Below, piece after piece: positions 9,415 through 19,529 of a stretch of 64,000 nucleotides of DNA. The translations under genes were made by a program, and so were the position numbers. The stretch lies in sequence record OP752703.1; one strand, 5' to 3'. Within the stretch, counting starts at the first letter, position 1; each line of letters begins with the position of its first letter. The notes under the pieces are model-generated. The model saw only the letters and a program-made list of their open reading frames with translations, was not told where the DNA came from and made no database searches.

Positions 9415-10055
9415 TTACCACCCTTAATCATTGCTTCAATATTTGCACGCGCTTTAGCTTCCTTATCGGCAAATAAGCGGGTGTAATATACGGAAGGTCG
9501 ATCTAGAAGATTCTTTAGGAAAGAGACATTTCCAGCTAGGAACTGATCCTTATTAGGGAATCGTGGTTCAAATTCCAAGAAAATCTGATTCTGATTGTAC
9601 TTACAAACGTCCAGACTCTCGGCGAAGTTAGAGATATCAATATCCAGCATTAGCTGTTCCAAGAAGGAAGTTTCAGAGTTATCTTTATGATGATTGGCCG
9701 TAGTCCAAATCATTTGAGCTACAATAGTCAAATCGAAATGAGTCCACCCATTTTGATGGAAAGTTGTATAATGATCCCATAATACTTTGACGGAATTGTT
9801 TTCGTTTGTAGGAGAGCCTGCCCAAATATTATAGTCAGCATCATGGAATAAAATGGCTAGCGATAGATATTCATCGACAGTTCGTAGGGGGATATCTTCC
9901 CATAGTTCTTCATCATTCATGAATTCAGTAAGAACTTGGTTCTTTACAGCCATAAGATGATCTAAGTGGTTGAGGCTATGGTAAAAGCGGTTTGGAGCAG
10001 CGTACAGAGAGCGAACAGAATTGATTAGTTCGTTTGGAATGTGTCTAAGAGTCAT
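9411..10055 (-). CDS. HD-superfamily phosphohydrolase (COG4339-like)
   Basis: RFYHSLNHL, LAILFHDADY, LDIDIS, LLDRPSVY, ARANI pattern. Confidence 0.8.
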   Translation of the reverse strand: MTLRHIPNELINSVRSLYAAPNRFYHSLNHLDHLMAVKNQVLTEFMNDEELWEDIPLRTVDEYLSLAILFHDADYNIWAGSPTNENNSVKVLWDHYTTFHQNGWTHFDLTIVAQMIWTTANHHKDNSETSFLEQLMLDIDISNFAESLDVCKYNQNQIFLEFEPRFPNKDQFLAGNVSFLKNLLDRPSVYYTRLFADKEAKARANIEAMIKGGN

Positions 10056-10084
10056 TAAAAAAGCCCATCAGTTAGGATGGGCTT
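10056..10084 (-). terminator. Intrinsic terminator-like hairpin after nrdB
   Basis: AAGCCCATC-CTAACT-GATGGGCTTTTTT on the minus strand. Confidence 0.7.
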
Positions 10085-10114
10085 AGTGTATCAAGTCTCA
10101 ATGAGATTTGTCAA
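10085..10114 (-). promoter_or_regulatory. Sigma70-like promoter
   Basis: TTGACA-N18-TACACT on the minus strand. Confidence 0.5.
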
Positions 10115-11217
10115 GGCATAATAAATTGGGAGAAATCTGCGGTTGAAAGGTCTTGCTTAACGCCGCCAATTACGTAGTTGGTGATTTCACCTTCCTGTGC
10201 TGCCTGCTGTACGTCAGAAGTCTTTAGATACTTGTCAGTCCACGGTAGTGGGTTCTTCGTACCGTAATCGGTCTTGATGCCGATATTCTTCATGCGCTTA
10301 CCTGCCATGTACTCAACGTACTCTGAAAGGATACGAGCGTTCAAGCCGATCAGCGAACCGTCCTTGAATAGGTACTCACACCATTCCTTTTCCTGAGCTA
10401 CGATGTTTTCGTATAGGGAACGAATTTCTGGTAGGACTTCAACATAAAGTTCAGCCATTACCGGATCATCCTTGCCCTCAGCCCAACGCTTCATGATGTT
10501 CTGCGTAATAGCCAAGTGAAGGTTTTCGTCACGGGCGATTAGAGAAATCAACTTCGCATTACCTTCCATCAAACCGATTTCGGCGAAGGCGAAGGAGCAT
10601 GCGAACGATGCGTAGAAGCTTAGACCTTCAAGAGCATTGATTGACGCAACGCATAGGATAAGCTTCTTCTTCAATTCACGCAAGCTGATATTCTTTTCAC
10701 CGTTAGCACGGTAATCGATAGATGCGTTTAGGAAATCATTGTAATACTTAATGGTTTCTTCTGAACGCTTGATGATGTTATCATCGAGAACGATACTGTC
10801 AAATAGCTCTGACGGATTCGGATAAACGTTCTGTAGGATGTACGAGTAGGTACGGTTGTGAATCTGTTCAAAGAAACACCACGTTTCAATACAGGCTTCT
10901 AGCTCTGGAATCGAAACGAACGGAAGTAGTGCGATGTTCGGGCTACGTGACTGGATCGTGTCTAGAACGATCTGGTAACTAATGGTCTTCGAGAAGATGT
11001 GCTTCTGAGCATCGGAAAGAAGCTTGTAATCCTTCTGATCCTTGGTAACGTCGATTTCCTGCGGCTTCCAGAAGAAGCCCTGCATCTTGTCGGTTAGCTT
11101 GTCAAAGATAGGGTGGACTAGAACGTCATAACGAGCAGCATTAGGCTGTTCGCCGAAGAACATGTACTGATTAAGGGTTGTTACAGGGGTTGTGTTAAAT
11201 ACGGTTTCTTGTGTCAT
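10111..11217 (-). CDS. nrdB: Ribonucleotide reductase class Ia beta subunit
   Basis: FFWKPQEID, LDTIQSR, EQIHNRTY, LEGLSFYASF, RDENLH, QEGEITNY. Confidence 0.97.
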   Translation of the reverse strand: MTQETVFNTTPVTTLNQYMFFGEQPNAARYDVLVHPIFDKLTDKMQGFFWKPQEIDVTKDQKDYKLLSDAQKHIFSKTISYQIVLDTIQSRSPNIALLPFVSIPELEACIETWCFFEQIHNRTYSYILQNVYPNPSELFDSIVLDDNIIKRSEETIKYYNDFLNASIDYRANGEKNISLRELKKKLILCVASINALEGLSFYASFACSFAFAEIGLMEGNAKLISLIARDENLHLAITQNIMKRWAEGKDDPVMAELYVEVLPEIRSLYENIVAQEKEWCEYLFKDGSLIGLNARILSEYVEYMAGKRMKNIGIKTDYGTKNPLPWTDKYLKTSDVQQAAQEGEITNYVIGGVKQDLSTADFSQFIMP

Positions 11218-11278
11218 TGTTATTCCTTAGAGTCCCCTCCCCGAAGGGAGGGAACGTTATACAGTATATCAAACTCTA

Positions 11279-13741
11279 TCAGATTGAGCAAGCGTCACAG
11301 GCTTCCGCCTCTTCTGCTGCTGGTAGGGCTACAGCCTGATCGTTGATGATCTGTACTAGTTTCTCTTTAGTAGTATCGTCAGTAACATCATCGTCTGAAC
11401 CGTCGCGGGTGTTGTGGTAGTAAAGCGTCTTCAATCCGTAGTAGTTTGCCTTCAATAGGTCACCTAGTAGAACGGACATTGGAATCTCGCCGTTTTCGTA
11501 GTTGGCCGGGTTGTAGCTTAGGTTGGTCGAAATCGACTGACACGTAAACTTCTGAATTACTGCCATCATGGTGATGACGCCATTCATATCCGGCATATCC
11601 CATAGAAGATCGTACTTGTTCTTCAAACGTGAATATTCAGGTACAACTTGCTTGGTGATGTGAGCCTTGTTCTTCTTGGTAGTGATTAGAGAACGTACAG
11701 CTTCAACACCGTTGGTTGAGTTGAAGATTCGGCTGCTGGATTCTGCTGGCATTAGAGCCGTTAGAGTAGCGTTACGAATTCCGTATAGTTCTAGCTGACC
11801 ACGTAGCCATTCCCAATCAAGGTTTAGGCCAACGTCTACTAGCTGGTCTACATTTTTACTGTAGCGATCAATCGGTAGAGATAGATCGGACCACTTAGTT
11901 TCCTTGTAGCCGGGGCAAGCACCGCGTTCCTTAGCTAGTTCGATTGAAGCCTTGATGCAGTAGAATGAAATTGCTTCCATTGTTTCGTGCATTAGGTTAC
12001 GAGCTTCTAGCGAGTCATACTTCAAGCCGTTCTTAGCTAGGTAGTACGCTAGGTTGGTGATACCAATACCTAGAGGACGGTACTTCTCAGTTGAGGTCTG
12101 AGCAGCAACAACCATGTAATCCTGATAGGTTAGTAGGTTGTCTAGTGAACGTACAGCAGTACGGCACATACCTTCCAAATCATCTAGAGAACGAACGTTG
12201 CCTAGGTTGATCGCAGAAAGAGTACATAGAGCAATTTCTGAAACGTCCTTGGTAACGCTGGCTAGCATGTCACCTGATTCACCTAAGAATTCAGTATCAA
12301 TCTTTGTAACGTTGTGAATCTTACTTTCCGTGTTGTACCAGCTTGGGAAGTCCGAAGGCTTCATTACAATCTTAGTAGTCTCGTAAGTACCCATCGGAAC
12401 GGTTACTAGCGTGATTTCCTGACATAGATTACTGGTGGTAATCGCCTTCTTGAAGGTAGAATACTGATTAACGTTATCAACGTTGAATACGTAGATACGG
12501 CCAGTTTCCTTACGTTCCGTCATCAACATAGCACCGAATAGTTCGTGTGCAGTGATAGTCTTCTTACGGATGGTCGGGTCTTTTTCGTACTTCTCGTAAA
12601 GTCTAGCGAATTCCTTGGAATCTGCAAAGAACGCATCATATAGTCCCGGAGTTTCGTACTCAGATGGTGAGAATAGAGTGATATCCTTACCAGCGATTAG
12701 ACGGTTGTATAGGTAGTTGTTGACTTGGAATGAATAGTCAAGCTTACGAACACGGTTGTCAGGAGTACCTTTGTTGTTCTTTAGAACGATAAGGTCAGCG
12801 ATTTCCAAATGCCATAGTGATAGAGTTGCAGTTGCCGAAGCACCACGAACACCACCCTGCGAGCAAGACTTCAATGAACCTTCAAACGCACGTAGGAACG
12901 GGATTACGCCAGTGTGCTTGATGCCCTTTTCCTTACCAACCGGTGCGCCTTCTGCACGAATACGAGAAGCGTCGATACCGATACCGGCCTTCTTCGCAGC
13001 GTACTTCATGATAGCCTCAGAAGCCTTAGCGATTGAGTCTAGCGAGTCACCAGCCGAGATTAGAGTACATGAACTGAACTGCTTGGTCGGGCTACGTAGG
13101 CCAGCCATAATCGGGGTTGGTAGACTTACGTTCCACTGTGAGAAGTCAGCGTAGGTCTTCTTAATTTCCTTAATGCTGTGCGAATCTAGGTTCGACATAG
13201 CGGAGATTAGGATGTAGGTAATCTGCGGGGTTTCTAGAGGAACTAGACCGCTTGCAGAACGGTCGCGGACAGCGTACTTAGTGATGTATTCGTTCAAACC
13301 AATGTAGGTCATCTTAAAGTCACGGTCGTGATCGATCATGGCTTCAATCTTATCCCACTGTTCTTCACTATATTCTGTTAGAAGTTCTTCGGTGTAGTAT
13401 CCTAGATCGACTAGACGAGTTACGTGGTCAAACAGACGCGGAGGCTGCATACCGCCCCAAGCGGTCTTACGTAGGTCGTAGTTTAGCAGATTGCCAGCTA
13501 CGAACTGATAGTTTACAGCCGTGTCCGAGATTAGGTCGGCTGCTGACTTGATTAGTGCGCCATGGATATCCTTTGAGGGAATTCCATCATAGAACGATAG
13601 GCGGGCCTTTAGGGCAATATCCGATACCGATACACCGGTTAGACCTTCGCAGGCTTTGTATAGCATGTTGTGAATCTTGTCAAGGTTTAGTGGTTCCTTT
13701 GAACCGTCACGCTTGACTACGTAAATTGTTTCGTTAGTCAT
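11279..13741 (-). CDS. nrdA: Ribonucleotide reductase class Ia alpha subunit with ATP cone
   Basis: VVKRDGSKE cone, QFSSCTL, QGGVRG, SNLCQEI, ALCTLSAIN, LKTLYY, C-terminal CDACSI. Confidence 0.97.
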   Translation of the reverse strand: MTNETIYVVKRDGSKEPLNLDKIHNMLYKACEGLTGVSVSDIALKARLSFYDGIPSKDIHGALIKSAADLISDTAVNYQFVAGNLLNYDLRKTAWGGMQPPRLFDHVTRLVDLGYYTEELLTEYSEEQWDKIEAMIDHDRDFKMTYIGLNEYITKYAVRDRSASGLVPLETPQITYILISAMSNLDSHSIKEIKKTYADFSQWNVSLPTPIMAGLRSPTKQFSSCTLISAGDSLDSIAKASEAIMKYAAKKAGIGIDASRIRAEGAPVGKEKGIKHTGVIPFLRAFEGSLKSCSQGGVRGASATATLSLWHLEIADLIVLKNNKGTPDNRVRKLDYSFQVNNYLYNRLIAGKDITLFSPSEYETPGLYDAFFADSKEFARLYEKYEKDPTIRKKTITAHELFGAMLMTERKETGRIYVFNVDNVNQYSTFKKAITTSNLCQEITLVTVPMGTYETTKIVMKPSDFPSWYNTESKIHNVTKIDTEFLGESGDMLASVTKDVSEIALCTLSAINLGNVRSLDDLEGMCRTAVRSLDNLLTYQDYMVVAAQTSTEKYRPLGIGITNLAYYLAKNGLKYDSLEARNLMHETMEAISFYCIKASIELAKERGACPGYKETKWSDLSLPIDRYSKNVDQLVDVGLNLDWEWLRGQLELYGIRNATLTALMPAESSSRIFNSTNGVEAVRSLITTKKNKAHITKQVVPEYSRLKNKYDLLWDMPDMNGVITMMAVIQKFTCQSISTNLSYNPANYENGEIPMSVLLGDLLKANYYGLKTLYYHNTRDGSDDDVTDDTTKEKLVQIINDQAVALPAAEEAEACDACSI

Positions 13742-13846
13742 TATTTCCTTCTTAGCTTGTGTTATAGGTGAAGATTATTTAGAACCTCTTCTGACCCTCA
13801 ACTGGTATCCGTTAAGAGTCAATAAGTTAGATTCGCAAATCGATTT

Positions 13847-14362
13847 TTATAGTGTAAACCAATTTGTATAATTATCAATAAGAGTTTTTCGTATTGCAAA
13901 ATAGTGTGAAATGTCGTAGATTATAATTTCACAACCACTGTCAATAGCTCTTGGAAGATCATCATACTGGTATGAATATTGAAGCAAATCTTTAAAGATT
14001 TCGGCACCTTCTTCTCCATTTGCTTCAATTAGAGTATGGAATGCTTTCTTATAAGATTCACTTGAATCGGATACTTCGGGGTTATACATGAAGCTGTAAC
14101 CGTCAACAGGGAAAATATAGAATAGTTCATGGTCTTCATCTTCTATTTGATTTCCATTGACGAAAACTGCACGGTTTCGTATGTCGGTATATTCCATAAA
14201 GAACGTTTCATTAAACGTTGCAACGAAGTCATTCTTCGTCTTCTTCTTTCTAACTTTCACACGACGATAGCCGTCAGCATTCTTAGGTAGAGATTTCAAA
14301 AGGGGTTTGCCTGCGGACTCTACCAAGAACAGCCCGCATTCTTCTTTAATTGTTGGTAGCAT
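13847..14362 (-). CDS. Hypothetical protein
   Basis: 171-aa ORF with normal composition, fits gene packing. Confidence 0.6.
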   Translation of the reverse strand: MLPTIKEECGLFLVESAGKPLLKSLPKNADGYRRVKVRKKKTKNDFVATFNETFFMEYTDIRNRAVFVNGNQIEDEDHELFYIFPVDGYSFMYNPEVSDSSESYKKAFHTLIEANGEEGAEIFKDLLQYSYQYDDLPRAIDSGCEIIIYDISHYFAIRKTLIDNYTNWFTL

Positions 14363-14377
14363 TGGTGATTTCTATTC

Positions 14378-14384
14378 CTAAATA
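14378..14384 (+). promoter_or_regulatory. Late-type box CTAAATA heading the Maf/GT operon
   Basis: 22 nt upstream of ATG 14407. Confidence 0.55.
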
Positions 14385-14406
14385 TTTCGTAACTAATTGT
14401 ATAACA

Positions 14407-15040
14407 ATGCGACCAAGAATTCAAGAAGCTTTATCTAAATTTTCAGGAAAAGACGTGTTCATCATTGGTGGAGGGAATTCTCTACGCAATTTTGACTTCG
14501 ATCTTCTGAAAGATAAGGCCGTCATCGCTATCAACTCTGCCTACCTAAACGTTGGAGCAAACGCTGCTCTGTTTTGGGTAGATGGAGGGTGGGTTGGACA
14601 ACACTCTGATGCATTAAAATTACATCCATCTAAGATGCGTTTCATGCCGGTAGTCAATGCAGATGTTCCCATTGCCAGAGATTTAACTGGACCTAGTGAG
14701 TCTTGTTACCTACGTAGGACAGGAGATAAGCGGATATGATCCGTTTATCGATAATGTTAAGGGGAATAACAGCGGTGCAATGGCTATAAATTTTGCCATC
14801 AACTTACGTCCTTCTAGAATTATCCTTCTAGGATTTGATCTAGGTTATGTGGCAGGCAAAAGTCACTACCATGACACGCATCAAACGATTACAGACAGGT
14901 CCGTTTATGAGACTTTGTTTAAACCATCGTTTGAAGCATTGGCTGACGAGAGTATGAACCTTGGTGTTAAAATTTTCAACTGTTCATTTGACAGTCAATT
15001 TAAACGTTTTCCAATAAGGTCTATTAACGAATTTCTATGA
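14407..15040 (+). pseudogene. Maf/DUF115-like (sialyltransferase-type motif) protein split by a frameshift near 14727-14731
   Basis: Frame 1 has VFIIGGGNSL..FDF..L..IAINSA and ends RRTGDKRI*. The other frame continues SGYDPFIDNVKGNNSGAMAINFAINLRPSRIILLGFD. Joined, the halves match the intact paralog 15037..15717. Confidence 0.7.
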
Positions 15041-15717
15041 AAGGTATAACATGGGGTCGCGTCTCCCGAACAGACGTACAGGATACGGTAATCATTGTAG
15101 CTAGTGGGTCAAGCTTGACTGGTTTCAATTTTGAAAAGCTACGTGGTCTAGGACATATTATTGCTGTAAATGGCTCGGGTAACTCTGTACCATTTGGTGA
15201 TTCATGGTTCACGCTTGATCCATGGGGGATTGGTCCAAACGGACAGCAGCTTCCAACTAAATTTGCTGGAAGATTGTACGCAGCAGTTCCAGAAGACTTC
15301 GGCACGCCAACTGCACAAGCAGCAAATCATCGAGTATCGGCAAACCCTGATATCACTTATCTACACCGACTTCGCCAACATAATATTGTTGGCGTTTCGT
15401 CTGAAACCGCCTATAAGGTAGGCTTGTCGGAAGATTCATCTTGTATAAGTACAGGTAATTCCGGCTACGGAGCGTTCAACTTGGCATATCATTTACGTCC
15501 AAAGAAGATCATTCTTCTAGGAATTGACGGCACTATTGGTTATCATTATACCAAGACTAGCACCAATCGTCCACTAACGTATCTACCCAAAATGTTTGAG
15601 TCTACTGTTGAACAAATTCAGAAAGCTGGTATCGAAGTAATTAATGGAAGTAAGGACAGTGTAATCACTTGTTACCCAAGAATGAGCGTAGAAGACGCCT
15701 TAAAGGAGATTGTGTAA
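15037..15717 (+). CDS. Maf/DUF115-like putative glycosyltransferase
   Basis: VIIVASGSSL..FNFEKL..IIAVNGS; GNSGYGAFNLAYHLRPKKIILLGID. Confidence 0.65.
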   Translation: MKGITWGRVSRTDVQDTVIIVASGSSLTGFNFEKLRGLGHIIAVNGSGNSVPFGDSWFTLDPWGIGPNGQQLPTKFAGRLYAAVPEDFGTPTAQAANHRVSANPDITYLHRLRQHNIVGVSSETAYKVGLSEDSSCISTGNSGYGAFNLAYHLRPKKIILLGIDGTIGYHYTKTSTNRPLTYLPKMFESTVEQIQKAGIEVINGSKDSVITCYPRMSVEDALKEIV

Positions 15718-15718
15718 A

Positions 15719-17035
15719 ATGAATGCTCAGATGTATGAAGATATCGTTAAGCATATCGAGAAAGTACCGGGGGACTTTATCGACTTTCGAGTATATAAGT
15801 CGGCCACTTTCACGCATCTTGTTAAGATTGCGGATGCTCACGGTCGCCATGCTTATGGTATGGATACATTCAAGGGTCTTGAACGTCATACTGAAATGGA
15901 TTACAGTCGAGACAAATATATTCTTTATCCCGGTGGTTATGCTAAGACCAACCAAGACGTTGTAACAACTGCACTAGAAAATGCAGGGGCAAAATCTTAC
16001 ACTCTTCTAGGCGGACACTTAATCGAATGTTTGTCGAAAATTCCAGAAGATGTTAAATTTTCGGTGGCAATTGTCGATCTTCTTCAATACTATCCTACCA
16101 AAAAAGCTCTGGAATTCCTAGAGTCAAGGCTTGTAGATGGTGGATTAATCTATTTCAAGAATTATTATGCTGTTGATCCATTCAGTTGCAGTAAAGCCGT
16201 ACAAGAATTTATAGACTCGAATACTAATCGTATCAAGGAAATTCCAAACCCTCGATACTATCAGAAGCAACCCTATCAGGTCGGGTTTGTTGTTTCTAAG
16301 CAAATGATCGTTCCAGAACGTGAACCCGAGCAATTAGAGCCTATTAATGAAACTCCAATCCTAGATGTTGGAAGGAAGACTACGATTGCTCTTGTATTGA
16401 AAACTGGCGGCGACGTTTACAATAGTCGATATGTCAATGCATTAGCGACTAACATCAAGAACAATACCACGGTTGACATTGAATTGGTACTACTTACCAA
16501 TGATGCTACTGGCGTGGATATGAATGTAGTAGATAGAATAGTTCCAATGATTCATAATTTCAGCGGTTGGTGGAGTAAGATCGAACTATTCCGTAGAGAT
16601 ATTTTTACTACTGAACGAGTCCTGTACTTTGATCTTGATACTGTTATCGTGGACAATATTGACGAAATTGTATTGAACACCCAAGAGTTCGTAGGTCTTC
16701 TTGACTTTATGAGCAAGCCTAGGTTCCAAACTGGCGTCATGCTATGGGAACCAGCGAAATATCATCACATTTATGATGGATTCGTTAAGGACAGTCGCGG
16801 TGTGATGGGTAGACATGTTGAAGGTGATGCAGGGTGGATTCGTGAAAACATTGACAATAAGTCATACTTCAATGAAGTAAATCCTCAGAAGATCGTATCG
16901 TTTAAGGTACATTGCTTCAACAAGCATAAAAACTACATCAATATTCCCGATAAAGCCGCTGTCATTTGCTTCCACGGCACGCCAAGACCTCATACTATTA
17001 CGGATTATAAGATTACGAAGCATTGGAAATACTGA
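15719..17035 (+). CDS. Fusion: TylF/NovP-like methyltransferase-type domain (degenerate motifs) + GT-A glycosyltransferase
   Basis: N-part GDFIDFRVYKS..GMDTFKGL..IVDLLQY..LVDGGLIYF. C-part VLKTGGDVY, GWWSKIELF, LYFDLDTVIV, QTGVMLW, CFHGTPRPH. ATG 15719 has AAGGAG. Confidence 0.75.
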   Translation: MNAQMYEDIVKHIEKVPGDFIDFRVYKSATFTHLVKIADAHGRHAYGMDTFKGLERHTEMDYSRDKYILYPGGYAKTNQDVVTTALENAGAKSYTLLGGHLIECLSKIPEDVKFSVAIVDLLQYYPTKKALEFLESRLVDGGLIYFKNYYAVDPFSCSKAVQEFIDSNTNRIKEIPNPRYYQKQPYQVGFVVSKQMIVPEREPEQLEPINETPILDVGRKTTIALVLKTGGDVYNSRYVNALATNIKNNTTVDIELVLLTNDATGVDMNVVDRIVPMIHNFSGWWSKIELFRRDIFTTERVLYFDLDTVIVDNIDEIVLNTQEFVGLLDFMSKPRFQTGVMLWEPAKYHHIYDGFVKDSRGVMGRHVEGDAGWIRENIDNKSYFNEVNPQKIVSFKVHCFNKHKNYINIPDKAAVICFHGTPRPHTITDYKITKHWKY

Positions 17036-17041
17036 TAAATA
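17035..17041 (+). promoter_or_regulatory. Late-type box ATAAATA, 5 nt before ATG 17047
   Basis: Seen directly; no Shine-Dalgarno near the ATG. Confidence 0.55.
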
Positions 17042-17046
17042 TTTTC

Positions 17047-18639
17047 ATGGCTACTATTTCTTACAAATGCGATACATGTAAACGTGAAACCGAATTGATC
17101 GAAAATCAGTCCGGTTTCACGATCATTGGTAAATGTAATATCACTGAGGGTTGCTTAGGTCACCTTTACAGAACCGGTCGCAATCCTAATAACGTTCGTG
17201 AAAGCTCTCCATCATTCGTTGAAGGGCTTTCTAACTTCATCCCTCGCAAGGCCCTGTATGAGTACCCGCAAACGCTTCCTAGCGATTCATGGGAGGTTAC
17301 ACATAACATGGGAGTTCTTCCAGCTACCTTTGTTTACATAAGCGACAGTAATGGCGCAATTAAGTACATGAAGGATGAAGAATATACAGTCACTCCCGAA
17401 GGAAAGAACAAGATTGTTGTAAAGTTCAAGCAAAAATACAGTGGAATCATCCAGTGTGTTGCCCGTTCGACTGTACCACAAATTCCAAACACTCTACCAT
17501 CGCCAGAAACTACTTTCCAAGTTTCATCTAAGGGCATCTTGACAATCGCAGTTCCCAAGTACATCACATATACTTCCGGTCCTAACATTGGTCAGACTTT
17601 AAACGTATGTGTTCCTAACAATTCAGTCAAGATTGACATTGAGATTTCAAAGCCTAACGAAGAATCATTCGTTTGCTCGGAAATCGTTCCAAATGTTCTT
17701 GACAATCGTTCTCCTTGGAATGCATGGTCGGAAATTATTGTAGCAAAGCGTAAGAATTATTGCGTCCGTACCATCGATATTCTAAAGATGAAGGTATTTG
17801 GTACTGCAATTCTAAAGGCCAGCGATATTCCCAATGGAACTCGTATGCGTTTCCTGTCCATTGATTATGGTGATGGAATCGTTCGTAAAATAAACACTCG
17901 CTCTGTACTAGCACTTCTGGCTAAGAGTCCATATCAATATGTTGACAAGATTCAAGATCAGATAGTTGACATTGGAGAAATGTCGGGATCAACCCCTGAT
18001 TACTTCGTATACGTTGATGGCGAGCTACGCATTGACAATACGTTGGTAGAAAAGACTTATCCAGATATCGCACGCCATATCAGCATTGCGTATCCGTCTC
18101 CGACTCCAACACCAAGTTCCTCAGAAACACCACCATACACTCCTTCGCCAACTCCGTCAAGTCAGGTTACATCAACGCCAACTCCTACACCGTCAGCTAC
18201 CCCTGCTATCGCATGCGGTGTTCCGGCAGCTATCGTTGGTAATGGTGTTCCATTCCCCGGATGGAATGAATATTCTCAGAATCTAGGAACTAGCCCCGGT
18301 TATGTTTTAATTGGCTTTGCCACAGGCGCAGTTCCAGACAAGCTACAGGTATGGAATGGTAATCAGCTTATTATGGACACGGGATATTGGGGTAGCCCAG
18401 CTAGACAGGGAGAGCTTAATGCTGTATTAGCTGCAAATGGTCTTCCACCAGAAACTATTAACGCTACATCTAGTAATTCAACAACCGCTTACGAGTGGTT
18501 CAGTTTCTACAAGAATACCGGATATACTGACGTTAAAATTAGAGTATATTCCCCACTATCTGCTAGTGGATTCGGATTCATCGTATACTGCCCTGTTCCA
18601 ACGCCTCCACCCACCCCAAGTAGACCCGGACAAACATAA
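17047..18639 (+). CDS. Probable structural protein: N-terminal Cys motif, Pro/Thr linker, C-terminal domain
   Basis: CDTC..C..C at the N-terminus; YPSPTPTPSSSETPP..TPTPTPSATP linker; directly upstream of gp15-like and sheath genes. Confidence 0.65.
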   Translation: MATISYKCDTCKRETELIENQSGFTIIGKCNITEGCLGHLYRTGRNPNNVRESSPSFVEGLSNFIPRKALYEYPQTLPSDSWEVTHNMGVLPATFVYISDSNGAIKYMKDEEYTVTPEGKNKIVVKFKQKYSGIIQCVARSTVPQIPNTLPSPETTFQVSSKGILTIAVPKYITYTSGPNIGQTLNVCVPNNSVKIDIEISKPNEESFVCSEIVPNVLDNRSPWNAWSEIIVAKRKNYCVRTIDILKMKVFGTAILKASDIPNGTRMRFLSIDYGDGIVRKINTRSVLALLAKSPYQYVDKIQDQIVDIGEMSGSTPDYFVYVDGELRIDNTLVEKTYPDIARHISIAYPSPTPTPSSSETPPYTPSPTPSSQVTSTPTPTPSATPAIACGVPAAIVGNGVPFPGWNEYSQNLGTSPGYVLIGFATGAVPDKLQVWNGNQLIMDTGYWGSPARQGELNAVLAANGLPPETINATSSNSTTAYEWFSFYKNTGYTDVKIRVYSPLSASGFGFIVYCPVPTPPPTPSRPGQT

Positions 18640-19430
18640 TGAAAGATAACGCAACATTTACACAAACTGACTTTGCTAAAACAGTTGACCATCATTTCTA
18701 TGCGGGTCAACTACGTAGACTTTCCATACAGTTTGCGGCCCTATTCTCTGAAATGCAAGTATCTGTAGGCAAAAATGATAATCCTAACCGTCAAACAAAT
18801 CTTATGACAGTTCCGGTCAAGCTTGCCTCGGCAGATCGTGTGGTTTCAAGCATCAAGGCCAACAACACACAAAATACTCCGCTAAGACTTCCTGTTATGG
18901 CAATTACATTATCCAATATGGAATTGGCATATGATCGATATAAGGGATTAAAACAAATCTCCCGTAAGGTGGTGTTCAAAGAAGGATCAGTTCTACCGGA
19001 TGGAGGCGAAGTAGTCTACAAGACGATGCCGATGCCTTATTATGTTGATTTCAATCTAGATGTTCTTACCACAAATCAGAATCACATGCAACAGATTTTG
19101 GAGCAGATCATGATGATTTTTACACCGGACATTCAGATTCAAACCTCAGATGTTCATCTTGATTGGTCAGCCATCACCAATGTTGAATTGATGGGACTTG
19201 ACATTCAGGAGACGCCAGAAGATGCCGAACAGCATACTTTACAGTCTACTCTTCAATTCCGTGTTGTAGCCTACATTTCAGCACCAGCCAATGTCAAGAA
19301 AAATTACATCAAGAAAATTAGGCTAAGAATTTCTGAGCTAAACGTGGATGAAGAATATGGTCAATTCTATCTAGACACAGATGCTCCTTACGAAACTGTA
19401 GCAGATACTTTAGGAATGCCTTCTCATTAA
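18639..19430 (+). CDS. gp15: Tail sheath stabilizer/completion protein (T4 gp15-like)
   Basis: HFY..QLRR..FAALFS, VPVKLAS, RLPVMAI, PMPY.VDFNL, QILEQI..FTP; next to the sheath gene. Confidence 0.8.
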   Translation: MKDNATFTQTDFAKTVDHHFYAGQLRRLSIQFAALFSEMQVSVGKNDNPNRQTNLMTVPVKLASADRVVSSIKANNTQNTPLRLPVMAITLSNMELAYDRYKGLKQISRKVVFKEGSVLPDGGEVVYKTMPMPYYVDFNLDVLTTNQNHMQQILEQIMMIFTPDIQIQTSDVHLDWSAITNVELMGLDIQETPEDAEQHTLQSTLQFRVVAYISAPANVKKNYIKKIRLRISELNVDEEYGQFYLDTDAPYETVADTLGMPSH

Positions 19431-19459
19431 AGATCGCTATTTATAAGTTATGCAATATA

Positions 19460-19484
19460 AAGCCCTGATTTTCGGGGCTTTTTT
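19460..19484 (+). terminator. Intrinsic terminator
   Basis: AAGCCCTGA-TTT-TCGGGGCTT followed by a T-tract. Confidence 0.75.
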
Positions 19485-19493
19485 GCATCTTTA

Positions 19494-19500
19494 ATAAATA
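19494..19500 (+). promoter_or_regulatory. Late-type box ATAAATA for the tail sheath gene
   Basis: Followed by AGGAG RBS and ATG 19530. Confidence 0.7.
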
Positions 19501-19529
19501 ATAATATCCATAATATCAGGAGATAACAC

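Noticed and set aside
12239-12403. Intein or group I intron in nrdA
   Set aside because: Too short, no Cys/Ser start or His-Asn end, frame uninterrupted
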